From Intoshia linei (Eukaryota; Animalia; Orthonectida): a stretch of 64,000 nucleotides of DNA. The notes under the pieces were generated by a model. It saw only the letters and a list, made by a program, of their open reading frames with translations, did no database searches and was not told where the DNA came from. Shown here piece by piece: positions 1-13,300 of this stretch (position 1 is the first letter of the stretch; each line of letters opens with the position of its first letter). The DNA is taken from assembly GCA_001642005.1 (NCBI GenBank), contig LWCA01000028.1, positions 9,511-73,510 on the forward strand, in the 5' to 3' direction. A program made the position numbers and the translations under genes.

Positions 1-752
1 GAAGCCTTTATTTCATGTCAATTGATTGACGATAAAGTATGATTCTATTTATATCTGTAGTATACTATATACACTTTTAGACTGTTTTTTACGGTGATTA
101 TAATGGTAATATAAGTTTTTGTGATACGAGGACCAGTAACAATTCCACTTTAAAGAATACCATATTTTGTGATAAATACTTGTTGAATTCCATGTGCATT
201 GAAGATTATATTTTATATACAACTGATATTTGCGATAAGGTAATAATTTAGTAAATACATTGTATTTGTATCGTGTCTACTTTTTTATTTATTACTAAAA
301 ATTTTTTAAATGGCGAATGTGAACAATATTTTTCTAAAAATTTGTTGAAATCGTTTTTCGCAATTTTCTCACAAATTAACTAGGAGCCAATTATAATTGT
401 TGATAATATTTTTAGATTTTCGTTCACGATATACGAAATTTTTCCAAGCTTTGGGATAATAGTCAATTATTTCTAAAACACAACTGTGTATCAAAATGTG
501 TTCTCAGAAAATACAAAGAATACGTTTATTATAGTGATTTAATCTTTTTCGTTTTTAAATGTAAATTTAGTTGACCACAATAATTATTTATTTGTTTTTA
601 ATAAACAAGGAAATATTGTGTATAGATATCAATTCAACGTTAATGTAAATGTTCATTTAAATCAAGTATTTATCTATGATATCTTGGATTTCCCACAAAT
701 ACTTGCGTTTCATCAAGATGAGTTATTTTATTTGTACAAATACCAATTGTGA
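1..752 (+). CDS. 3' part of a WD40-repeat protein, DCAF4/WDR21-like (partial, spliced)
   Basis: Phase-compatible GT-AG exons about 81-239, 416-533 and 571-752 read TVFYGDYNGNISFCDTR...IFVHDIRNFSKLWD...LAFHQDELFYLYKYQL*. The WD-like D-x-R repeats and the ending resemble DCAF4. Confidence 0.45.
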
Positions 753-1017
753 TTATTATTGTATTGTAAATATAATGTATAAATGTTATTTTTGGTCCAC
801 ATTCAAGACTATTAACTAGTGCTTCCAAATGAGCGATTCGAATCATTTTCAAAATAATAAAAATAATCATTTATATTTTTAACTAGTTAACTTATTTACT
901 ACGTACAAATATCATCTAGCTCTGACCGATGGCACAGTTTTATTCTATAAAAAAATAAATTCAATAAGAAAATCTAACTTAAAAATGCTACTATTCACTA
1001 TTATCAATCCTTTAAAG

Positions 1018-2151
1018 GAGTGGTTTCCAAACTTATTTCACGTGGATCCGTCATATCACATAAATTTAATTTTAATTTAAAGTGAATTATTCCATCTTAA
1101 TTTTTTGTTAACATTTGTGTAAAGAATTTTAAAAATAATTGTTATCACATTTTTTTAATTTATTAGACAGAATGAATGTATAATCTTAATGAATAAAATA
1201 AATGCTAAATGTGAACGCCTTTTCAAAAAATTCTGTATTGATAATAATGATAAAGATATGTGCGATTATTGTTACATGCTGATATTAGATGGCTATCAAA
1301 GGGAAATTGTTTAAAAAAGTTTATGGAATTATTTGGTTCTATCAGTCAATGTTAAGAAAATAAACCTGAACTGGACCTTCTTCTGACTACTGATGGAAAA
1401 ACATATATGAGCTATTTAACTGATATGTTTGAAAAATTAAATACATTGAATAAGAATCTATAAGGAAGAGATAAGACGCTCGTAGAATTAAAAAATCATA
1501 TATTTGGATTTATTTCACTATTAGATGTTTATATAGAAAATATTTCATCCAATAATTATAGTCATTTCTTGGGGTTAAATAAATTATGTTAGAGAATTAG
1601 CAAAAAAACAATATTATATCATTTTAATATACGTTTTGAAGATATTAAACTTATGCATATTCGATTGTGGTTGACGCAAATTTTTTTGATAGATTTATTA
1701 AATGTAAATATCAAATACCAAAAAGAATTGCATGATAAATCTTTACAAACTGTATTTAGCATCAAAGGAACTATGATGTGGCCTACTGAAACTTTCAAAA
1801 ATTATCTGACTTCAACTACTTTTGCTAGTATTGCTTTGTTACCATTTCCATCCTCTTATTCACAGAATGCTGGTTTAGTGCAGTTTTATACGTACTGACA
1901 AAAAAATAAATAGACTACAAATTTCAAAAACGGGACATCTAGGATTAAAGTTTACAACATCTGTACTTAATATTAATAAACTCTGTCAGAATCGTCAGGT
2001 TCAAATGTCTCATTAATTCCAAAAAATAAATACATTATTATTGTTTTTATCATTATTTTATTATAATTCGCTCGAATTTTTTTTCAGTGGGGCCTGGGAT
2101 TTTTTTTAACGTAAAAATGGGGTGTAGCATAAAAAACATTGGGAAACACTG
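1018..2151 (+). mobile_element. Decayed hAT (Buster/Charlie-type) DNA transposon
   Basis: Termini agtggtttccaaac ... ttgggaaacactg. Broken transposase ends LLPFPSSY...NRLQISK..LRLK (hAT C-terminal dimerisation domain). Near-identical to 23819-24469. Confidence 0.85.
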
Positions 2152-3852
2152 GTATATACATTCAATACACATTTTTTTTGAAATTGTAGGATGACAGTAC
2201 GGAAAGACATAATTCTATTTTATATTCAAGGTGTCTTAACCCATTTAACTAACTACCAAAACGTAAATTATTATATGAAATTCAGATTTATTCAGATTCT
2301 GAATAGATTCTTAGTAAAAATTTCTTACAGTCGTTAATATTTTGTTGGTATTTGTAAATAAGTAATTAACTTATTATTTTTGTTGATTATAATCAACAAC
2401 CATAAAGATCTACTAACGTTGAAATTAATCCATAAGCTTAATATCATATTACCAACATTATCGTTTAGATGAATAACTAGCAGCGAATAATACAAAATTA
2501 ATAATATTATTATTATTTAAGACTTAAATTGAGTTTAATTTAAACTTTAAATGAAAAAGTATGTATAAATTATAGAAATATTATAGAAAATAAACTATAA
2601 TATATATGTTTAAATTAATATTAAGTTAAAAATTTTAAATTTAAGTTTAAACGTCGTGCGTAACTCAACCCCAAAATTTTAGCAGATTTTAATGCTGACA
2701 TGATGTTTGTAATTATAATACTAGACTGTTGTAATAGTGAAGTTACAAGCATAAGTTAGAGCAGTTTTAGCAGTTCAATTTGTTGTAATAGTGAACAGTT
2801 CCAACTGAACTGTAACTTCACTTTAATATTAATAAACTTGTTTTAGCACATTTATTTCGATTTTGATAATGTTAGATTCGAACTTCAGATCTAATAGCCT
2901 TATTCTTCATTGATACCATTACATAGACTAATTTTTACTAAGGCTAAGAGAGATTTCGTTATGTGAATGTAGTAATTTCGTCTAAATGGAAACAATACAA
3001 ATATAGATAGATCATTTTCTGTAATATAACAGAAAATAATATTAAGTTTGTAATTTAACGATAAGATTTGTTGCTTTGATTCAAACTTTATTCTGTGTTC
3101 TAGAATAAATGTGATGAAAAATAAATAAAGTATATAGTTTATATGGATATATGAAATATACTACAGTGAAACACCCTAATGATTATTTACTTTTTCAATG
3201 CAACATTTGAAAAATATTGGTTGATAATATGTATAAAATTATTTTTCACCGTGACTGCGTAGATTTTTAGGTTAAAATTTGGTAATTATATCAATTGGAA
3301 TAAGCTGTATCAGAATATTTATTTTTTTTTTAATTGTACAACCGTTAATTATTTCAAATTTTTTGTTTTAAAAATATATTTTGTTAATAAAATAATATAA
3401 TAAAAAATTGAATACTAAAGTGCTTTTTTGACCATGAAGACGTCACTTATATAATACTAGATATAACTATCATTCGTAATTTTTTAAAAATTTTAAGGTT
3501 GTTTTCACTTAAAAAAAGGTAATCTGGGTTTTTTACCATGAAAATTACCTTTGAGATTATCATTTATGATAAGACATTAAATAAGACTTTCTTAATTTTT
3601 ACAAAAAAGGGTAATTTGTGGTTTTGGCCGTGAAGATATAAGATTTTCAAATTAAAAATTATCACAATATTGATGAACTTAAAACTTTTTACTATAATTA
3701 GTGCGACCATATTTTTAACGTACTAATATTGCTTAGAAACGAAAATGTAAAAAATATATAAAAAAAATTGTGTAACTAGACAATAACTAAATTGAGACAT
3801 AGTTTGATAACCATGAGTAATTGCTGAAAATGAAATATATATTTATTAAAAT

Positions 3853-4080
3853 TAAATTCCATTTAAAGTCCAAAAATTATTAGTAACACTAAATACTCTT
3901 TCTACATATGTATTTGAGCAATTTAGAGAATAATAAATCTGGATAAATTTTTTGAATCCATTAGTATCGATATTATCACACAAATCCTTCCAAGGAGGAA
4001 TAGTAAGAGAATTTTTTATACATAAATCAATTGCAACAAATTCATTGAAGATTTCATCTCGATTTATCTGGTTAAATAAA
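3853..4080 (-). mobile_element. hAT-family transposase C-terminal remnant (different subfamily)
   Basis: The minus strand reads ...FIQIYYSLNCSNTYVERVFSVTNNFWT, matching the hAT dimerisation motif SxAxxERxFS. Confidence 0.65.
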
Positions 4081-4712
4081 TTTATTTTGTCATAAATTGT
4101 GATACATTTTTGTATGTTGATCCAATTAACTTGAGTTTTATTAATAACAAAGTAGAATGGTGATAAATATTGAATTTGAATGTTGTTACAATATATACTA
4201 TAGATACGTAAAAATAAGTAAAAGTTATAAATAAGAAAATTTGTAATATAAAATTTAAATTCATAACTTTATTTAGTACGTTAAAAGTATGTTATTAGCA
4301 CTGTGCCAATAATGTATTTTTTTTAAAATAACGTACTTATGGTCACTACTATAATATGTAAATATCATAATTCTAAAACAGGTTTGAATTTAAAAATAAT
4401 CGGGAATTTAGTTTTTAACCTTGAAGGACTCAATCTCTGAAATTGAAATTTGCGATAAAACATCACCCTGGAAAAACTGTTATAAGAATATGAAATTTGT
4501 AAAACTTGTCTCCCATTACTTTCATAAATAAACAAACACATTTTTAACCATTTTACTTTATATATGTAAGGATGTAATTTAAATATAACTTTCCTTTTAC
4601 CGTTAACACTAGTTTATTGTATGTCACCACTGTTACTAAAATGTTATTAAATATTATTTATTGATTACACAGCAACGCTGATAATTTAAACATAATAATT
4701 TATCATTTATAA

Positions 4713-6950
4713 ATGATGAAAATGAATTCGTATCATAATTTGTGGTGGAAAGAGAAATACAATTTCGTAAATAATTTTAAAATGGACAATGTAATGAAAA
4801 TGATTGATAAAACTGTAAAACCAATAACAAATGGATTTCAAGCATACGATTACACAGTATCTTTTGATAGTAGAAAACTAACGATGCAAGATCTCAATAA
4901 AGATGGAACAATTTACAAAAAAGTTATTAAACCAGGAAATGGTGACAAAATTATTCCAACAGGCACTATTTGGGGTAATTTAATTTTCAAAATTGTTTAT
5001 TTTAAATTGAACATGAATAAATCTGATTTCTTTGTAAATTTTCAAAGATTTTTTTGAAATCTAAATGGGAGGTTTTTGGCATTGGATTTACATTGTGTAC
5101 AGTGTACACCTTATTAATCAATATAATTGTATAATTTAGTCGATATGACATGTTATCGTGAGTATGAAATTGAACCATCCATATCTACTTATTTAACCGG
5201 TAAAACTGCTTGGTTGACCATTGAAGATAGTAATGTTTTCATTGTATCTTTTAAAATGAAATTTAGTTGTGGCAATTGGTTTGGTTAAAGCACTTTTATC
5301 AATGAGAGTTGGAGAAAGAGCTCAATTTTTGCTCGATAGCAAAGTCATGTATGGTGATGCCGGTTTATATGAAAATGGTACCATGAAATTTGAAAAAAAC
5401 GAAAATTGTAGTAAAACAGTTTAATTGTATTTATTTCTTTTTAGTATTCTATGATATTGAATTGTACCATTTCAATGATTCTACAATTGTCCAAAAAATG
5501 CATGCAGTTCCAAAGGTATTTATTTATTATAGACAAACATTACATGTTTTATATAGAGTGAAAGACCAGATCTCGATATACAATTCCAGTATGATTATTC
5601 TAGGAAAAACAGAATAGTAACTTTTTATATTTTTTATTTTAAATTTTTATCTAGGAAGGGAATGTTAAATTTAAGGCAAGACGATTTATATCAGCAATTA
5701 AATTATACACTAGAGTAATTTTATTTAATTAATTTTATATAGTACACAAGAAATTATCATTTTCATAATTTTTTGATATAATTAATTAATTAAGAACAGT
5801 AAACTAGGGACACCAAAAATTGACTATTTTATAAACAATTTGTTTATTCTTATTGTTTACAGTTTGTTACCATGATTTGTCAAATATACAAAAAGTAAAT
5901 CTGTTCTTGTACAAAACTATTTTCTTTAACGTTTACTATAGGAAAATTTAGAAATTAAATTTAATTTAAATTGTGTTCTTATACAAAATGTTTACTGTAT
6001 AGACAAAAATTTTTCGTAATTTTTTCGTATAATTGTAAAAAAAATAATCATGTATAGCATCGTATACATCGATTAAACAACTGATAGAGAAACAAAATTT
6101 TTTTATACATGGGGTGGTCTCATTGAATTAACCCCATTTCATTGATTTTTTTAAATTGTTGAATTGAAAATTTAGTCTATTGAGTGTCTGGAAAAAGCTC
6201 GAACAAGAACTCATATTGATAAACTACTCGTAAAAACTGAATTGGTTTTGAATTTATCAAATAGGTCTTTGATTTATTTGATAATGAAAAAATACGACGA
6301 AAGCATAAAGGATTCCCTTGATGTCTTAAAACACGATTCTTCAAATGTAAAGGCGTTATACAGACTCTTAAAGGTACATTGAATATTATTGTAAATATAG
6401 CCCTATTAGAGTCGCACAGCAGTAGATTCAGCTCTATTCGGCACTCTAGTGAAATGTAGTTGAAATTTATAATTGAGAACAATTTATTCATAAAGCATGA
6501 TAATTAAATTAGTGGGCTCTAATACGACGGGTTACAGGAAAATTATATATTTTTAATTTAAAAAATTTGTCCATTTCTACTATACTTTTCCACGGTTTTC
6601 AAAGCTCTTAATTTTTTTACACCGTTAAATGATCAATGATCAATAAAAAATTCAATGTAATATTTTAGGTCTATCGATTACTCGAAAACTATGATGAATC
6701 CTTAATATACCTAAAAAGGTGTAGATCTTTGAACGTGATTGATTCGAATATAAACCGAGAAGCTAAACTGATTGACAGGTTGTTTGTTATGTCTTATAAC
6801 ATATATTTTTTTATTTTTGTGTAAATTTATTAATTATTTTCAATTAGATATTATAAAGATAAAATGGACAAGGAAAAAATGATTTACAAGGATTTTAAAC
6901 ATAATTTATTAAAATATAATTGTGAAAATAAAGTTAGGATTGACATATAA
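4713..6950 (+). CDS. FKBP6: FKBP-type PPIase domain plus TPR protein, FKBP6/shutdown-like
   Basis: Spliced exons give MQDLNKDGTIYKKVIKPGNG..., LLSMRVGERAQFL...FYDIELYHF, EGNVKFKARRF, LVLNLSNRSLIYL...NVKALYRLLK and DKEKMIY. These are collinear with the FKBP6 FKBP and TPR domains. Stop TAA at 6948-6950. Confidence 0.8.
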
Positions 6951-7010
6951 ATACTATGTACAAATATTTGTTTATTTTTGTAAATAAAAATTTTATTTGT
7001 TTTTAATTTG

Positions 7011-9216
7011 ATGACGACACATGAAGAAAATTTGGCTTTAATTCAAATTAATAAAAGTACATTTTATATGGTATATTCAGTTTTTTTAAGGTTGTTAAAA
7101 AATTGATTTTATTTTTAACAGTTATTTTGTGACAATATGAATTATTTCAGACAGCTTTCAAAACTTAAATTTTGATATAAAAATCCTTATATAATTAATA
7201 ATAATAATAACATAATTTCATTTAAAAAATTTAAATTAAATACATCACTGATACATTTTTTTAAATTTTCGACTGTTGATACCAGTGGTTCAAATAGTGT
7301 GCAGATTTTAAAAATATTTTTTTTTATTGAATCAAAAGAAAATATAAAACGTTTATGAAAAAGGAAAGGTTTTTCTCATAAGATTTGATAAAATATTGGA
7401 AACAAAGGATATTTCCTTTACACATTGGTAAACTAATTTTGTATTTTGTGGTTTGATTAAGTGCATTTTTCATTAAAATGTTTGGTAAAATCGGATTTTT
7501 CAAAAAAATATCGGTAAAAGTAGATTTTTCCCTGATGGTTTCAAATGGTAGTTTTTATTAAATTTTATGTTTATGTTTGGATGGTGGGATAAAAGTGGGA
7601 TTTTTGAAATAACGTAGTAGTCGTCTAAGCTTCGGGATAAATCCCAAACATCTGTCAACTGTAATAAATATTAAAAATTTTCAATAAAAATCAAGTACCG
7701 TATATACGTATTCCTAACTTTTTTGACCACAAATTATTTGTATTAAAAAGTTGAATACTATTATAAACTATAAATTTAAATTTGATATCATATCAACTGA
7801 AACATAATTTAGAAAATGATGAATGTGGCAAACAATATTTTTTACCTATTTTAGCATTCTCGTTTTCCTTTGTCTGTGGGTGCAGTGTAGGTTTATATAA
7901 ATGTAACATTTATTTATTGTTTTAAAATAGCATATCCATCTCCAGTTTTACCGATATTGGTGAAAGAAGGATTATTGAGTGAATATTCCAAAACATGGTA
8001 CGCCTCTCTGCTTAGTATTGGTGCGATTTTCGGAGGACCTATAGCAGGGTATATCTCTAGATGTTTAGGAAGGAAAAAGTGTATTTTATTTACGACTCTA
8101 CCTTTATGTTTGGGTTGGCATTTGACCAATGTTGCAGAATTTGTACCAAAGAATTATGCTTTCATATTCTTACTTATTTCTAGAATTTTTGCTGGTATGG
8201 GGTTTTCGATGGCAATTTTGGTGTGTACAACTTATATGAACGAAAGTGTTTCAAAAGATAAAAGAGGATTATATTCAACGTTTTTTAGTTTAGGAATTTC
8301 CAGTGCAATTTTAACAATGTATGGCATTGGAAATTTAATACATTGGAGCACAACTACCATCATTTGTGTTGTTCCATTGATAATTACCATATGTGTTACT
8401 ATATATAGCCCAGAAAGCCCTCGGTGGTTAATTCAAAATAACAAGTATGCTGAAGGAATTGATTCATTGACATGGCTAAGAGGCTCAAGAAGAAATTCAG
8501 TTATAGAAGGAAATGAAATTTTAAATTCGCTTGAAAAGGAGGACAATAAGAAACCCACATTTTACTGTAAAATGATGATGATGCAATCTAGAAAGTATTA
8601 CAAACCTTTTATAATTTGTTTATTTTTGCACATTATTCAACAATTAACGTTTATTAATGGGATCTTGAGTTATTCAAACGAAATATTAATTGATGCAGGT
8701 TATCGGAAAACGGATTTGTTACCATTAATGACCATTGGGTCTATACAATTAATTGCTTCAATATTATGCACTCTATTACTAGATAAATGCGGCAGGAGGC
8801 CTTTATTGCTTGTCAGTATATTAATTTTATTTGGTTCTTTGCTATCGTTTGGTATTTATTACAATGTGGCACAAGTGTCAAGTTGTTATAAATTTCCGAA
8901 ATACATTGTTGTCATTGTTTTGGCTACTTACTTGTTTGGGTTTAATTTGGGATTAGCCATTATCCCATGGACGATTATGACTGAAATTTTACCACCAATT
9001 ACCAGAGATGATGTTGCTTCTTTTATAACAATTTTAAATTGGACTTTGGCCTTTATCACAACGAAAATATTTATAGGTGCTCAAAAATATCTTACCACGT
9101 ACGGTTTTATGTATTTAAATGCCATTTTTACTTTTTTCGGTTTTATTTTTGTAATTGTTATTGTACCGGAAACTAAACACAAATCTCTCGAAGAAATTCA
9201 AAATTCAATCTATTAA
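7011..9216 (+). CDS. MFS sugar transporter, GLUT8/SLC2A8 - Tret1-like
   Basis: ORF 7957-9216 has GRK, PESPRWL, DKCGRRPLL, PWTIMTEILP and PETK motifs. Upstream exons 7011-7056 and 7813-7890 join in phase (MTTHEENLALI...KQYFLPILAFSFSFVCGCSVAYPSPVLP). Confidence 0.9.
7340..7660. repeat. Dispersed repeat with internal minisatellite units (copy in transporter intron 1)
   Basis: Units such as ttttgtggtttgattaagtg and ggtgggataaaagtgggatttt recur, in either orientation, at 11680-12300, 29270-29780, 34050-34320 and 42240-42500. Confidence 0.7.
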
Positions 9217-9754
9217 ATGCAACATGTCTACTTTCTTTTTACTGTATTATTGGTACAATTTAATTTTGAAGGCCAGAAAAATATCTTTAAATGTACAGTA
9301 TTTTAAAAATTAAAATGTTTTTTTATTCATTCGATTTAATGATTACTTTATATTTTTTATTAAATTGTACAATAGGGTGTCCACTTTTTTTATAAGAAAA
9401 ACCTATTTTGCATGTGGATGCCTTTTTGATTTTAAACATTTATTACTCAAAAAAATGAAATCGGTTAATATTTACTTCTTAAATGTAATTATTGCAATTC
9501 ATCAAAAACCAAAATAAATTTAAAAAAACATGGTACACAAAACATGATAAACACATCAAGAGAATTACCAACATAATTATAATTTTTAAATAAAAAAATC
9601 AATAAAACCTTTATAAAAAAACATTTAAATAATTTTATTTCTACTCCACTCCGAACGAGGCCACGTATGTACTCATTTATAAATCAATTTTCTTGTTCTA
9701 TTTAATTTTCGTTCTAAATTAAACATTAAATTTAAATCGGGTCAGCGTGAGTAG

Positions 9755-10285
9755 ATGGAGGAAATAAAATTGGGTAAAATCTTGATAAAAATAAACTTTA
9801 TGTGTAGTTCTGAAAGCGATTTATCAAGAAATTTATAATAAAAGTGGATTTAAAAAAACCAACATACTTTATGCTCTGAGAGCTTCAGGTCAATCACCAA
9901 TCGAAGAAAGTGTGAATGAAGCAACACAAGACATTAGTTTATTATTATAAAACAAATTCATACAATTTAGATGAAAATGACGAAATTACATTAAATGAAT
10001 TTTTAAAAATATGCGACACAATCGGACTAAAAACGAAAAAGGAACAATATGAGCAATTGAATGAAACATTAGAATATTTCGACAAAAATGATACAAATAT
10101 TATCAATTGGAATGAAATGAAATTATGCTTGTTTCAATTTGGATTCGATGAAAAGGAATTGAAAGAAATGAAGGAAGTACTAAAGATACCAAATAATGGA
10201 GAGTGTAGTTTAAAAGGCAAGAAAATTTATAAAATTTAATATATATACCAATATAGATGTAATAGAAAAATTTATGGAAAATTAA
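9755..10285 (+). CDS. Calmodulin/myosin-light-chain-like EF-hand protein (divergent)
   Basis: Four exons give MEEIKLVLKAIYQE...ALRASGQSPIEE...EITLNEFLKIC...EYFDKNDTNIINWNEMK...DVIEKFMEN*. LRAxGQxP and EF-hand loops are present. The last intron is GC-AG. Confidence 0.75.
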
Positions 10286-10325
10286 TAAATTATTCGAAAA
10301 TTTTACAATTCCAAAGATTAACAAT

Positions 10326-13300
10326 TTAAAGGGGTGTAGTTTTTCCAGAAAATTTGGTTTTAACAGTTTCCGCTTTATCAAAATTCCCTTCTAAATCATC
10401 AGCTTCCCTGGAAAGCTGTGCATTGTAATTTTTGTTAATGTTATTTATGAAAGAATCAAAAGAGTCTGTGCATACTTTCATTCCCGATAAACCATTACCA
10501 ATTCCGTCAAGTGTTTTTTTGTAATTAGTTTTACACTTGAACATGTCTAATTCAGGAAACGAATTTACCAATTTACTAAATTCTAAAATGTGACCGGATT
10601 CTTCTTCAGAAAATGGCGATTTTATGTCTTCGTCCAGGTCAACTTTATCATCGTGCGAATTTTGAATACCTTTAGTATATGCAGTATCAGTTAAATTTTC
10701 AAAAGTTGGTGTAACTGCAGCTAAATGATCAGCGTCTCTTAGTGTCACCGGAATTTTTGAAAGTTTTTTGCATTCGAAAGCCTTCATAAATAGTGAACCA
10801 AATGGTATACAGTCAATTGATTCCTCTTTTCTGTTTTTGTATTTAGACCAATCGATAGCATCCAAGTTTGCAAAGACTGGATTATTTAATGGAGGAAGTG
10901 GGTCATACATGGCACTTTTATTATCAGATTCTCTACTCAGCCTCCTGCAGAACTCACTAGAATTTGATGTTAGAATACTCTTTCTAGAATTTATTGGCTT
11001 TTCAAATTGACGATATTTGTTTAATAAGTTACAATTCTCAGTTTTATCACTAGCGTGCGAATTTGACCAGTTTGAATGTGCACCAGGATCCAAGTAAGAA
11101 ATTTCCATAGATTTTGAATAATGCATACTTTTTGTACCCATCGCATCAGGTTCAAGCAAGGCATCTTCTAATGTTTCTTTATCTATCTAAACAATAAAAT
11201 ACTTGAGTAAAAAATTTATTTATTCACGAAACCAATTTCGTGTGTTGCAGAACTACTAACCACAATAGTACAGTATTTCTCGATTGGGGTCCGTGAGATT
11301 CAAATAAAATATAAAAAAAATTTATCAAATTTTGTTGTTTTCCTCTATCAAAGAGAATCCTTTACTGGAGATAAATGAATGTCTGTGTGTGTGTAACAAT
11401 TTATTGAAAAAATTGACAGTCAAAATTTAAACAAATCCAATTTCTAATACAGTTTTTCCCAGAGAGCTAAAAATGTGTATTAAACGTCTACACATTTCCA
11501 ATAAATTAATATGGGTGGAAATATATATAATTGATTCCTTCGGGTTTTTTTGGTTGCTAGGAAATTTTGATTCTCATTTTCAAAACATTTTGTTTACAAA
11601 ATATTTTTAAAATACTGTTAAAAATTTAAATTAAAACTACATCAACAAATTACTAAAATTAATATTATTTCAAAAACCCCATTTTAATTCTAGCATTAAT
11701 AAAATTTAATAAAAAATACCATTTCAAACCATCAGAAAACAATTCTATTTTACCAAACCTTATGAAAATAATCCACTTAATCAAAACCTAAAATAAAAAA
11801 CCCCATTTTTCGAATAATCAACTTAATCAAACCATAAAATAAAAAATACCATTTTAATAACCGTTAAGGGAAAAATCCTATTTTTCCCATATTTTTTTAT
11901 GAAATTCCGATTTTACCAAATCTTATGAGCAAACCATTTCTTAATTCACAACCTAAAATAAAAAATCCCATTTTTCCTGTATTTTTTGAAAAGTCCATTT
12001 AATCAAACCACAAAATAAAAAATACAATTTTAACAACCCTTAAGGGAAAATCCCCTTTTACCAATATTTTTTTGAAATTCCAATTTTACAAAATCTTATG
12101 AGCAACAGCTTATTAATCAAAAATAAAAAATTTCCTTTTTTCAATATTCTCTGTTGAAAAATCCACTTAATCAAACCCCAAAATAAAAAATATAATTTTA
12201 CCAACCCTAAATAGAAAAATCCTCTTTTTTCAATATTTTATCGTAAATACGATTTTACCAAATCTTATAAGCAAAACTTTACGTTTTTCATAAATGTTTT
12301 ATATATCATGTTTCCTTTTGGTTAAAAAAAATTATTGTGAAATTTGGATCCGTATACTATTTGAATCGGAAATCACTGCACTAGTGGTTTATCAGTCATC
12401 TTTAAATGTTTCTAGTAATTAGTAATAAGTAGTTTCTCACTTTTTTCCAGCTTTACGCTGCTACAGTAAAAAAATTTTCCTATACCTTAATTTGATTTTC
12501 TATTAATGAACAATAGTAGCCACGACAATTAGGTCCACCAACCTGAAAATCAGCTATTTAATCTACACACAACCGAATCAACCAAACTCGAGGCCAATGC
12601 CAAAAATGTCAAAAATGATTTAAAAAAAATTTCGTCGAGGTCACAAAAAAAGTTATCAGAATACGCTAGGTTCGACTGTTGGTCTACGTAAAAGCGTTAA
12701 ATCATCGTTATAAATAATACAGGTTTTGGTTATTGCAAAAATTTTGATTCAACCAGGACTGCAATAACCGTTCAAAGCAATTGATTTTTTGACAAATGGA
12801 AAAAACTATCAAGTCGGTTATACAAAAATTTAATTTTAGTTCATTTGTTGCGATACATATTTTCAATTTTTGCCCTAAGAGTTTTGACTAATTAGTCAAA
12901 TAGATTATTTGTCTTGCAAGTTTCTTATTTTGAAGGTAATTCAACCAATTTAAAAAATCCTAATTTAGTCAGTTCAAAATGTAACTGGTCTATGAACCAC
13001 AGTGAGGTTCTGCAACACAATCCAAAGTTCCAGTTCAAAATAATTTGTGTTAAATGGTGTTATTGGACAAGTTAAAACATAATATTCAATATATTTAAAA
13101 ATTGTATTTCAGCCATTATGAATAAAAATTAAATCAATAGTCACTAAAATAAAGCTGAAAATGTTGTCTAGTCAAAAATTCATACGCTGTCTGTATTTAA
13201 ATTTCCATAGGTCGATGGTCGATTAAATTATTCGAATAAATAATAATTCAATACAAATCAAATGAAATTGATTGGCTGTATTAAAAATTTAACAAAAAAG

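Noticed and set aside
670-870. 66-aa minus-strand ORF with hydrophobic start
   Set aside because: It overlaps the last exon of the + strand WD40 gene; most likely an antisense shadow.
6177-6491. 104-aa minus-strand ORF, possible nested gene
   Set aside because: It is antisense to the FKBP6 TPR exon.
11680-12300. CRISPR-like array
   Set aside because: The units are degenerate along their whole length with no unique spacers, the context is eukaryotic, and there are no cas genes.
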